Source of the DNA: an uncultured Gammaproteobacteria bacterium | Lineage (GTDB): Bacteria; Pseudomonadota; Gammaproteobacteria; Steroidobacterales; UBA11654 | NCBI GenBank assembly: GCA_937801655.1 | Contig: CALMWC010000003.1 | Coordinates: 128,474-192,473 of the forward strand | Length of the DNA stretch: 64,000 nt | Direction of reading: 5' to 3' | Shown here: in pieces, positions 49,039-57,448 of the stretch | How positions within the stretch are numbered: the stretch's first letter is position 1 | Layout: each line of letters begins with the position of its first letter | Position numbers and translations under genes: made by a program | The notes under the pieces: generated by a model | What the model saw: only the letters and a program-made list of their open reading frames with translations | The model's database searches: none | What the model was told of the DNA's origin: nothing

Positions 49039-50139
49039 ATGGGAATTCGTTGTGGAATAGTAGGTCTACCTAATGTTGGTAAGTCGACACTCTTTAATGC
49101 TCTATCTAATGCTACTGTTGATGCACAGAATTATCCTTTTTGTACTATAGACCCTAATATCGGTAATGTTTCTGTCCCTGACCCAAGATTGAATGAATTA
49201 GCCACTATTACCAAGACCAATACAATTATTCCATCCTATATAGAATTTGTAGATATTGCTGGTCTTGTTGCAGGGGCATCTAAAGGCGAGGGCCTGGGTA
49301 ATAAGTTTTTAGGCAATATCAGAGAGACTGATGCCATCATTCATGTAGTAAGATGTTTTGATAATAAAGACATCACACATGTTTCCAATGAAATTAACCC
49401 AGGAGATGATGTTGATACTATTAATACGGAATTATTACTAGCGGATATTCAAACGGTTGAAAATAACTTAGCTAGAGCGGAAAAAAAATCTAAAGCAGCC
49501 GATAAAGAAGAAATTCAGAAAAGAGACTTCTTAAAAGAGTTGTTTGACCATTTGAATGCAATGCGACCGGCAAGAAATTTTATTGTAGAAGATGAGAGCT
49601 GCATCATATGGATGAAGGAGCTTCATTTACTAACAGCAAAACCAATTTTATATGTAGCTAATATTGATGAGAGTGAAATACATTCCGAATCAAAATATTT
49701 AGAAGAGCTTAAACAGCATCTAAGTGGTGATCAAGACTTCGATATTATTCCACTATGCAGTGCTTTAGAGTCAGAATTATCTCAATTACCAGATGAAGAG
49801 CTTAGAGATTTCTTAAGTGACTTAGGCATTGCTGAACCAGCTCTTGATAAGTTGATACGTTCTTCTTATTCACTTTTAGAACTGCAAACATACTTTACGG
49901 CTGGTGAAAAAGAAGTTAGATCTTGGTCTATTAAGAAGAATCTTAAAGCACCACAGGCAGCAGGAGTTATACACACAGATTTTGAGAGAGGTTTTATTTG
50001 TGCAGAGGTTGTTTCATATCATGACTATGTAGATTTAGGAGGAGAATTAGCTTCTAAAAATGCAGGTAAAATGAAGTTAGAAGGAAAGGAGTATGTCGTG
50101 CAAGAGGGAGATGTGATCCACTTTCGCTTTAATGTTTAG
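49039..50139 (+). CDS. ychF: Ribosome-binding ATPase YchF
   Basis: GIVGLPNVGKSTLFNAL, FVDIAGLV.GAS.GEGLGN.FL, C-terminal TGS-like domain (HTDFERGFI.AEV). Confidence 0.95.
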   Translation: MGIRCGIVGLPNVGKSTLFNALSNATVDAQNYPFCTIDPNIGNVSVPDPRLNELATITKTNTIIPSYIEFVDIAGLVAGASKGEGLGNKFLGNIRETDAIIHVVRCFDNKDITHVSNEINPGDDVDTINTELLLADIQTVENNLARAEKKSKAADKEEIQKRDFLKELFDHLNAMRPARNFIVEDESCIIWMKELHLLTAKPILYVANIDESEIHSESKYLEELKQHLSGDQDFDIIPLCSALESELSQLPDEELRDFLSDLGIAEPALDKLIRSSYSLLELQTYFTAGEKEVRSWSIKKNLKAPQAAGVIHTDFERGFICAEVVSYHDYVDLGGELASKNAGKMKLEGKEYVVQEGDVIHFRFNV

Positions 50140-50161
50140 CTTAAGTGATTTTTTTAGAGTA

Positions 50162-51349
50162 TTAATTTCTGCTTAAATCAGCGATTGAGTCTATTACTTC
50201 CCCATAAATCTCATAGAATTCTTTGGACTCACCATCTTCTCTTGTATTTGGTGTCTTGAGATCATCAGCATCCAAGACTCCAACTTTCTCTAGAAAGCGA
50301 GTTACTTTGAGCCATCGACCTATATTATTGACTTCCACACGGCTCAATCTTCCCCAATCTTGAATCGATCCAGGAGTAGGGTGATATTTAGTGATGCGAG
50401 TGAAAATGATATCATTTTCACGGTCTACAAAAATATATTGTCCAAATTTACCACTGGCATTAAAAATACTTCCTTCTTCATCATTTTTTGATACCCACCA
50501 ATGTAATGTGTAACCTCGTTTTGCATTAGTCCACCATTGCGGAGTGTCGTCCCAATATTCTGTGAAGGTTTCATCTACAAAGTCTTTGGAGATCAATTGA
50601 TTGCCATTCCAATTGCCACTTCTAGAAAAAAGTAACCCAAATCGTGAATAGTCTCTAGCCGACATATCGATACAGCAATAGGCCAAAGGATTGCCTGCAT
50701 TATCTGTCCATACGGTAGAGTTTTTAATCCCTATGGGATCCAATATTCTTTCATTTAGTAGTAGATCAGCTTTCTTGCCTGTAGCTTTTTCTAGAATATC
50801 CCCTAACAACATGGAGTTAACATTATTGTATTCAAAGACAGTATTTGCCTCTTTTTCCACACCTATACTCTTGGAGTATTCAAGATGATCATTGAGAAAG
50901 AACATATTTTCATGTTGATTTTCAGGGTATTCAAGGCCACTCGACATATTGAGTAAATCTCTGATGGTAATTTTTGAGCGTTCATCATTAAAATAATCAA
51001 GATAGAGATTAACCTTATCATCCAAGTCATTAATTTCTCCTCGATCAATAGAGATTCCTATGAGTGCTGCATAAAAACTTTTTGCCATAGACCAGGATGT
51101 TCCATAAGAGTTTTTATCAAAGCCTTCGGCATATTGCTCTCCAATTAGAACACCATTTTTTATTAGTACTACAGCTTGTGTAGCATCATCTTCAAAGGAT
51201 AAGTCAAACAATGTTTTTACTTTCATAGGGTCTACATTGACTTCAGAGGGTGCTTTTTGTTCCCAATAATCGTCTGGAAATTCACTTGTGTATGCCAATG
51301 GAACAATTAATATGCTCAATAAAGCGGTTGTAATCTTTTTATATTTCAT
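50162..51349 (-). CDS. Secreted serine hydrolase, beta-lactamase/transpeptidase-like fold
   Basis: Signal peptide, SxxK nucleophile motif (SMAKSF), YxN-like region, about 395 aa. Confidence 0.75.
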   Translation of the reverse strand: MKYKKITTALLSILIVPLAYTSEFPDDYWEQKAPSEVNVDPMKVKTLFDLSFEDDATQAVVLIKNGVLIGEQYAEGFDKNSYGTSWSMAKSFYAALIGISIDRGEINDLDDKVNLYLDYFNDERSKITIRDLLNMSSGLEYPENQHENMFFLNDHLEYSKSIGVEKEANTVFEYNNVNSMLLGDILEKATGKKADLLLNERILDPIGIKNSTVWTDNAGNPLAYCCIDMSARDYSRFGLLFSRSGNWNGNQLISKDFVDETFTEYWDDTPQWWTNAKRGYTLHWWVSKNDEEGSIFNASGKFGQYIFVDRENDIIFTRITKYHPTPGSIQDWGRLSRVEVNNIGRWLKVTRFLEKVGVLDADDLKTPNTREDGESKEFYEIYGEVIDSIADLSRN

Positions 51350-51390
51350 CTTATTTCAGTAAGTAATTGAGTTAAAATAGTGAGTTAAAC

Positions 51391-51419
51391 TTGACAGAAT
51401 TGGATTTGCCATTGAAAAT
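51391..51419 (+). promoter_or_regulatory. Candidate sigma-70 promoter for tRNA-Met (TTGACA-N17-GAAAAT)
   Basis: Perfect -35 at 51391..51396 and a -10-like GAAAAT at 51414..51419, 19 nt before the tRNA 5' end. Confidence 0.35.
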
Positions 51420-51438
51420 CCCACATTCATTACATTAT

Positions 51439-51515
51439 GGTGATGTAGCTCAGTCGGTTAGAGCGTCGCACTCATAACGCGAAGGTCGGTGGTTCAATTC
51501 CACCCATCACCACCA
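51439..51515 (+). tRNA. tRNA with CAU anticodon (elongator Met, or Ile2 if lysidine-modified)
   Basis: Hand fold: acceptor GGTGATG/CATCACC fully paired (so not an initiator), D-arm GCTC/GAGC, anticodon arm TCGCA-CTCATAA-CGCGA (CAT) with an A31:C39 mismatch, T-arm GGTGG-TTCAATT-CCACC, encoded ACCA. Confidence 0.85.
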
Positions 51516-51521
51516 AGAGCA

Positions 51522-51725
51522 TTAACCCATAGGGTTGTTTGCTTCCATGAAGTCACAGCAAATGGTATCAACACCTTGTTCTTGAGCTGCATCTGTCATA
51601 TGTTTGATAGCCATGTCAATTGCAAACTCAGGAATTTTTGTTAAAGTTTCGCAAGCACAGTCATTGAAACTGATTCCATCAGCTGCAGAGTTTGCTTTTT
51701 CTTTTATTGATTCTAGATCGGCCAT
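51522..51725 (-). CDS. Stand-alone PCP_red-like domain protein (67 aa) with two Cys pairs
   Basis: ISFNDCACETLTKIPEFAIDMAIKHMTDAAQEQGVDTICCDFMEA aligns without gaps to the W..eAe.eL.kIPfFVR.....n.e.fA.e.G...It.e.l..A pattern of the protochlorophyllide reductase B-subunit C-terminal domain. It is the only small ORF in the window not nested in a larger gene. Confidence 0.5.
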   Translation of the reverse strand: MADLESIKEKANSAADGISFNDCACETLTKIPEFAIDMAIKHMTDAAQEQGVDTICCDFMEANNPMG

Positions 51726-51809
51726 AATTTTTCCTTTAAAGATTGATTATTAATAGAAACTATTGTGTCAAATTTTCAGACAAACATGAAGCGAGAATGT
51801 GAAAATAGT

Positions 51810-53069
51810 TTATACAATATTATGTGTGAGTAAGCCATCCAAAAGCTTAGGTTCAAACCACGTAGATTTAGGCGGCATGACTTGATCAGCAGTTGCCACT
51901 GCAATCAATGATTGTATTGATGTTGGATAGAGTGAGAAAGCAATTTTCATCTCACCTGAATCAACGCGTCTTTCAAGCTCATCAAGACCTCTTATGCCGC
52001 CAACAAAATCAATTGTCTCATCAGTCCTTTCATCTTCTATTCCCAAAATAGGTTCTAGAAGATAGTCATGTAAGATTGAAACATCTAGTGAGTCAACTGG
52101 ACCGAATGTTTTCGTTTCCAATTTAAAATTGAGTTGATACCAATGACCATCCAGATACATTCCAAATTCTTTTGAATGCTTTGGTTTAATTTGTTCTTGA
52201 TTCTTTGTTACATCAAAACATTGACTTATCTGATCAAGTATTGATTCAACGGTATGATTATTCATAGACAAAAGAAGCCTATTGTAATCCAGTATTTTCA
52301 TTTGACTTGCTGGAAATGCAACGCTTAAAAAATAATTATAGTTCTCATTGCCATTATGATTCTCATTAGCTTTTTGTCTTGTTGCCTTTACTTTCGATGC
52401 GGCTGCTGAACGATGATGGCCATCCGCTATAAATAATGCATCTAGAGAGTTAATGCTTTTTAATAGTTTTCTAACAATACCATTATCTTCTATGATCCAG
52501 ATCTTATGATTGCTTCCATTATCAGAAAAAACATCGTAGATTGGTTTACTTTTAAGAGTCACATCATTTATTAAGCTATCAATTTTTTCATCATCTGGAT
52601 AAGTGAGTAGCACAGGTCCAGTTTGTGCATTTAGAGCATTAATATTTTTAATACGATCTTCTTCTTTTACTGGTTTGGTATGCTCATGTTTTTTGATCAA
52701 ATTATTATCATAAGCTTCCACTGAAGCTGCCGAACAAAAACCAGTCTGTATGTGATCTTTAATTACTATCTGGTAAATATAGAGTGTTGGTTCTTTGTCT
52801 TCTAATAGCACTTGATCATCAATTAGTCGCTGCAGATTCTCTGCACCTTTTTGGTAAACAAGGGGGTCATTAAATTGTATATCTTTAGGCAGATCAATCT
52901 CTGGTTTTGAAATGTGTAAGAAGCTCAAAGGTTTATTTTCAGCAAGCATTCTTGCTTCCTCAGAATTTATTACATCATATGGAGGAGCAATGACTTCACT
53001 AGCTTTTTCAGTTATAGGCCTAAGTGCTTTAAAGTCTCTAATAAGGTTAATCTTTTCTTTGTTATTCAT
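51810..53069 (-). CDS. DUF1015-family protein
   Basis: N-terminal FKALRP...VIAPPYDVI and internal ADGHHR are the hallmarks I associate with DUF1015. About 420 aa. Confidence 0.7.
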   Translation of the reverse strand: MNNKEKINLIRDFKALRPITEKASEVIAPPYDVINSEEARMLAENKPLSFLHISKPEIDLPKDIQFNDPLVYQKGAENLQRLIDDQVLLEDKEPTLYIYQIVIKDHIQTGFCSAASVEAYDNNLIKKHEHTKPVKEEDRIKNINALNAQTGPVLLTYPDDEKIDSLINDVTLKSKPIYDVFSDNGSNHKIWIIEDNGIVRKLLKSINSLDALFIADGHHRSAAASKVKATRQKANENHNGNENYNYFLSVAFPASQMKILDYNRLLLSMNNHTVESILDQISQCFDVTKNQEQIKPKHSKEFGMYLDGHWYQLNFKLETKTFGPVDSLDVSILHDYLLEPILGIEDERTDETIDFVGGIRGLDELERRVDSGEMKIAFSLYPTSIQSLIAVATADQVMPPKSTWFEPKLLDGLLTHNIV

Positions 53070-53129
53070 TGCGATAAAAATTACTATTAGTTAAATGAAT
53101 TTAAATGACGTTAACTTTAGGAAAATATA

Positions 53130-54722
53130 ATGAATGATTTAAAATTAAAGGCAACTCTTATTTGTTTTCTCTTTTTGATCATTGCCACCAAGGGATTTGC
53201 TTTAGAAGAGAAGCAGGTGGATAAAGAACAAACTTTTCTAATCAAAAATATAATCATCTATGATGGAACAGGACTGGAGCCTTTTGCAGGTGAAATAAGA
53301 ATAAAAGGAGAAAAAATTACTCATGTCTATAGAGGCAACGGTTTAAGCCAAGACTCTGGTGCTGATATTATTGATGGACAGGGATTAGCTCTAGCTCCTG
53401 GGTTCATAGATACACATAGTCATCATGATATAGGGATAGATCAAGAGCCCATTGCATCAGCGGCTATCACTCAAGGTATTACAACAATCATTCGAGGCAT
53501 GGATGGATTCTCAGATGCCCCAGAAAATGTAAATGTTGAATTAGATAATATGGATTATTTTTCTGTGAAAGAATTTAATGATTATTTTAATAAGATTCCA
53601 ACTGCCATAAATATGGCAAGTTTTTCAGCACATAATAGTATTCGAATCGAAGTTATGAAAGAAGATTTTAAAAGAGAGGCGACTGTAAAAGAGATAATAG
53701 TCATGGCTTCTTTAATTGATTTGGATATGAGGTCAGGAGCCTATGGGCTAAGCACAGGCTTGGAGTATGACCCTGGTATTTTTGCTTCCACAGTTGAGGT
53801 AATTGAATTGGCTAAAGTTGCTGCAAATTATAGTGGCAAATACAAAAGTCATATTAGAAGTGAGGATAGGGAATATTGGGAAGCCATAGATGAGACAATT
53901 GAAATAGGACGACAGGCGAAAATCCCTGTTAATATTGATCACTTTAAATTGGCTGGCAAATTTAATTGGGGTCGGACGAATGAAGTTCTCTCAATCTTGG
54001 ATGCAGCCAGAGAAGAGGGGATTAATGTAACCGCTGATGTCTATCCTTATGAAGCATGGTCTAGCAGTATCACTACCTTATACCCAGAAAGAAACTTCAA
54101 TGATTTAAAAGAGACAGAATTTATACTAGAAAATTTATCTTCTGCTGAGGATATTACTTTTACCTATCATTCCATTCATCCTGATTATGTGCAAAAAACA
54201 GTAGCAGATATAGCGAATGAGGCTGGTAAAAGTGAGATTGAGATGCTTTCGCACTTAAGTGATGAAAGCTACAGACTAAGTTCAGCATCCTCATCAGTAG
54301 AATATGTGGTTGCTAAAGGAATGATGGACAGTGATGTTCGCCTACTCCTTAATTGGCCATATAGTAATGTTACCAGTGATGGTGAGCTGAGATGCGGACA
54401 TCCTAGAGGTTGTGGGACTTTTCCTAAAGTTATTAATAATTATCAAGGTGATAGTGGAGTTGGATCTTTACAAAGAGTCATCCATAAGATGACTGGCTTA
54501 TCTGCGACACAGATTGGCATCGAAGATCGTGGCATTATTAAAGAGGGAGCCTATGCGGATCTTGTATTATTTGATTTAAATAACACCAAGGATAACTCTA
54601 CTTATGCTAATCCAACACTGAAATCAGAGGGCATACACTCAGTATGGGTCAATGGTGTGAGAGTCCTGAATAATGGCAAATTTACAAATAATCTTCCTGG
54701 TAAAATACTTATAAAAAATTAA
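53130..54722 (+). CDS. Secreted amidohydrolase, N-acyl-D-amino-acid deacylase (D-aminoacylase) family
   Basis: Signal peptide, PGFIDTHSHHD metal motif, D-aminoacylase-type GHPRGCGTFPKV near the C-terminus, ADLVLFD. Confidence 0.8.
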   Translation: MNDLKLKATLICFLFLIIATKGFALEEKQVDKEQTFLIKNIIIYDGTGLEPFAGEIRIKGEKITHVYRGNGLSQDSGADIIDGQGLALAPGFIDTHSHHDIGIDQEPIASAAITQGITTIIRGMDGFSDAPENVNVELDNMDYFSVKEFNDYFNKIPTAINMASFSAHNSIRIEVMKEDFKREATVKEIIVMASLIDLDMRSGAYGLSTGLEYDPGIFASTVEVIELAKVAANYSGKYKSHIRSEDREYWEAIDETIEIGRQAKIPVNIDHFKLAGKFNWGRTNEVLSILDAAREEGINVTADVYPYEAWSSSITTLYPERNFNDLKETEFILENLSSAEDITFTYHSIHPDYVQKTVADIANEAGKSEIEMLSHLSDESYRLSSASSSVEYVVAKGMMDSDVRLLLNWPYSNVTSDGELRCGHPRGCGTFPKVINNYQGDSGVGSLQRVIHKMTGLSATQIGIEDRGIIKEGAYADLVLFDLNNTKDNSTYANPTLKSEGIHSVWVNGVRVLNNGKFTNNLPGKILIKN

Positions 54723-54733
54723 AAGGGGTAGTC

Positions 54734-55399
54734 ATGGATCTGTATAAAAAAGCAATTGAAATAGTGAATAGGCCTGATACAGATACATCAAGAGACCCTA
54801 ATAGAAAGCCAGATGAAGTGCTTCGTTTCTTTCAGGTGCGAGAAGGAGATAAAGTAGGTGAAATAAATTCGGGTCGGGGTTATTTTTCTGCCTGTGCAGC
54901 TAATGTAGTTGGAAAAAAAGGAAAAGTATACGCTCATACTTCTCCAGTGAGCATTAAAAGATGGAAGGGTAATCCTATTGAAAAACGATTAAAGGAGTTT
55001 CATCAGTCTAATTTATTTACTGTGGTTGGAGAAATGGAAGAGCCTAATTTCCCTGATGGACTGGATAAAATATTCAATATCATGACATATCATGATGCTG
55101 TTTGGAGTAAGGCTGATAGAGAACTAATGAATCAAAATGTATTCAATACTCTAGTATCTGGTGGTATCTATGGAATTCTTGATCATAATTCAAAAGAAGG
55201 AAGAGGGATAGACAATTGCCATGATATTCATCGTATAGAAAAAACATTTGTTATTGAGGAAGTTCTATCTTCAGGTTTTATTCTAGATTCTGAGTCACAA
55301 ATTTTGGAAAACACCTCCGATGATTGTAGCGCTATGGTATTTGAAAAAGACATTAGGGATCGAACGAGTCGTTTTCTACTGAGATTCAAAAAACCTTAA
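54734..55399 (+). CDS. Putative class I SAM-dependent methyltransferase (COG4798-like)
   Basis: GDKVGEINSGRGYFS resembles SAM motif I (vlEigpG.Gyft). About 220 aa. 11 nt downstream of the amidohydrolase. Confidence 0.5.
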   Translation: MDLYKKAIEIVNRPDTDTSRDPNRKPDEVLRFFQVREGDKVGEINSGRGYFSACAANVVGKKGKVYAHTSPVSIKRWKGNPIEKRLKEFHQSNLFTVVGEMEEPNFPDGLDKIFNIMTYHDAVWSKADRELMNQNVFNTLVSGGIYGILDHNSKEGRGIDNCHDIHRIEKTFVIEEVLSSGFILDSESQILENTSDDCSAMVFEKDIRDRTSRFLLRFKKP

Positions 55400-55401
55400 A
55401 T

Positions 55402-55428
55402 GCAATAGCTAGTTTTTCAAGCTATTGC
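55402..55428. terminator. Possible bidirectional hairpin between convergent genes (GCAATAGCT-N9-AGCTATTGC)
   Basis: 9-bp perfect stem read directly. It overlaps the last codons of the minus-strand gene. T-runs are weak: TTT on plus, TTTTTT 8 nt away on minus. Confidence 0.3.
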
Positions 55429-56647
55429 TTTGATCTATCAATGGATCACCTGTTTCAATGCCAAGCAAGTATCGACCTGTAGGTGTAGTTGCATTGTCCC
55501 AATGGATGCCTCCATGAGTTGACATAGTTCTTAAATCCCTGAAATGTCTTTGTGCTGGATTTCTTCCTGATTGTGCGCTAACTCCCATCATTCCTGATAA
55601 ACGTGTTCCTGATTTAAGACATAATTGAGCAGCCATTGCAGATTCTCTCCTGATCTTTAGCCTGTCTTTACCAATAATACTCCTACCTGCTTTCCCTTCT
55701 TGATGAAGAAAAATAGATAGCGAATCAATAATCAAATCAGCAGTTCTCAGTTCTTCAAAAGATTCACCAATTTTTTGTTGGACTGGAGCTTGTTCAGATA
55801 CTTTTTCTCCAAACATGGCTCCGAAACGAGATCTTGTCTGATCTAAATATTCCAATAAAACTCCATGCGTTGCGCCTAATATAGGACCTGTTAATAAGGT
55901 ATTGAAATACATACCCATTTCTATCTTGTAAATATAGCTATCATGTAGCTCTGAACCTGGAGGATTTTTACCACCCATTTCTAGTGATTTTACTGTTCGA
56001 TGACTGGGTACAAATTGATTGACAACTTTAATGTCTTTACTGCCAGTTCCTTTAAGGCCTTCCGCATGCCAAGTGTCTATGATTTCATATTGATCAGGCA
56101 TAATCAGAGCCATTCTGTAGTCTAGACCGGTTCCTGATTTACTGTTCGCATTCTTAAATTGGCCAGCGACAATCGCACAATCGGAATGGTCAACTCCACT
56201 AGCAAATTTCCAAAGACCATTGAGGATAAATCCACCTTTTGTTTCAGTCATTTCTCCACCACCGGCAAAGGCTGTGGCTATAATTGCGTCAGGACAGTTG
56301 GGCCAGAATTCTTCCTGCGCATCTGCAGGGAACCTTCCTAAATTCCATGTATGGGACATTACTACTGATGACATCCAAGAAGTTGAAGCACAGCCTTTAC
56401 CTAGCTCTCTAGCAATATCAACTTGAGTACCCCAATCCATTTCAAAGCCACCATATCTCTTTGGTGTAAAAATCTTATGAATCCCAGCACTTTTAAGATC
56501 TGCAATATTTTGATCAGGCATTTGCCTCAAATCTTCAGCTTCTTCTGCTCTTTCTCTGAGTTTGGGTATTAGATCTGATGCGGATTGAACTATTTCTTCT
56601 CGGCTAGGAATATAACTAGAAGTTTTTTTTGAACTTAAAGATTTCAT
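55409..56647 (-). CDS. Acyl-CoA-dehydrogenase-fold flavin-dependent monooxygenase, oxygenase component (HsaA/DszC/C2-HpaH-like)
   Basis: LIPKLRERAEEAEDLRQMPDQNI..L...G......P.RYGG...D, STSWMSSV...H.W.L..F...AQEE.W, and GGFILNGLWKFASG.DH parallel the N-terminal and middle regions of HsaA-type group D monooxygenases as I recall them. Confidence 0.75.
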   Translation of the reverse strand: MKSLSSKKTSSYIPSREEIVQSASDLIPKLRERAEEAEDLRQMPDQNIADLKSAGIHKIFTPKRYGGFEMDWGTQVDIARELGKGCASTSWMSSVVMSHTWNLGRFPADAQEEFWPNCPDAIIATAFAGGGEMTETKGGFILNGLWKFASGVDHSDCAIVAGQFKNANSKSGTGLDYRMALIMPDQYEIIDTWHAEGLKGTGSKDIKVVNQFVPSHRTVKSLEMGGKNPPGSELHDSYIYKIEMGMYFNTLLTGPILGATHGVLLEYLDQTRSRFGAMFGEKVSEQAPVQQKIGESFEELRTADLIIDSLSIFLHQEGKAGRSIIGKDRLKIRRESAMAAQLCLKSGTRLSGMMGVSAQSGRNPAQRHFRDLRTMSTHGGIHWDNATTPTGRYLLGIETGDPLIDQSNSLKN

Positions 56648-56665
56648 ATGCGATTAGAATGAAAA

Positions 56666-57280
56666 CTATTCTGCTAGTTCAACGGTTACTTTCCCATTCT
56701 CATCCATATCAGAAATTATAAATTCTACCCCTATAGCTTTGCCATATCCTAGGTATCGAGGTCTCCACCATTGATCTAATATCTCTTCTTCAGTGAGATC
56801 AAATTGACCCAAGCCCTTAGCTGCATTCAAAACTTTTCTAAAAGGAAAGGTAAAGGATCTTTTCCCAGGTTCAGCATGGGCATCAAGGAACATTTGGAAA
56901 AAACAACCTGTTCTTTCAAAATTCATCACCAAAGCAAGTTCTCTGTTGCCGGTTGCATCAATCATTTTTTTTGTTCTTTCAAGTAACGGCAACATGGTTT
57001 TAAAATCATGAGCAACATAGGCTTCAAGCAGTCCATTATCTTTTGCAAACTGAATCGCATTTAAGTGTGCTTTCAAAAGAGCATCGTTTGTATCATGAGG
57101 ATAAGGCACTTTAATTTTCATCGTTTTAACCAAGGTTTGCATCCCTGTAGCCAGGTCTCCTTCTCTTCCTTCCATGCCTGTAGGTGGAGCTAGCTTTTCA
57201 GCTGTCATAGATTCCAATGGAGGCCCACCTGCTGGTTTGCCTTCATTTTTTGGTTTATTACTTCCCTGCATCATTGCCAT
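56666..57280 (-). CDS. Hypothetical protein (204 aa), unknown family
   Basis: Pro/Gly/Lys-rich, likely disordered N-terminal ~45 aa, then a compact domain with no motif I recognise. 18 nt upstream of the monooxygenase on the same strand. Confidence 0.55.
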   Translation of the reverse strand: MAMMQGSNKPKNEGKPAGGPPLESMTAEKLAPPTGMEGREGDLATGMQTLVKTMKIKVPYPHDTNDALLKAHLNAIQFAKDNGLLEAYVAHDFKTMLPLLERTKKMIDATGNRELALVMNFERTGCFFQMFLDAHAEPGKRSFTFPFRKVLNAAKGLGQFDLTEEEILDQWWRPRYLGYGKAIGVEFIISDMDENGKVTVELAE

Positions 57281-57448
57281 TTTTCTACCCCTATATTGTT
57301 TAAACTTTAAGACTTATGTTCATAATGTACTTTATATTATTCTAATTGAATCCATTTGTGATTATTTACATATTTTACTCAATATGTATTTAGATTAGAA
57401 TGGTCTTTGCATTTGAATGATTAGTAAGAAAATATTTGGGAGATAAGC

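Noticed and set aside
57339-57401. 8-bp inverted repeat ATTCTAAT ... ATTAGAAT in the divergent promoter region between the 204-aa gene and the Rieske gene
   Set aside because: It is short, AT-only and widely spaced (47 nt), so it is expected by chance in this composition. No regulator gene is nearby to bind it.
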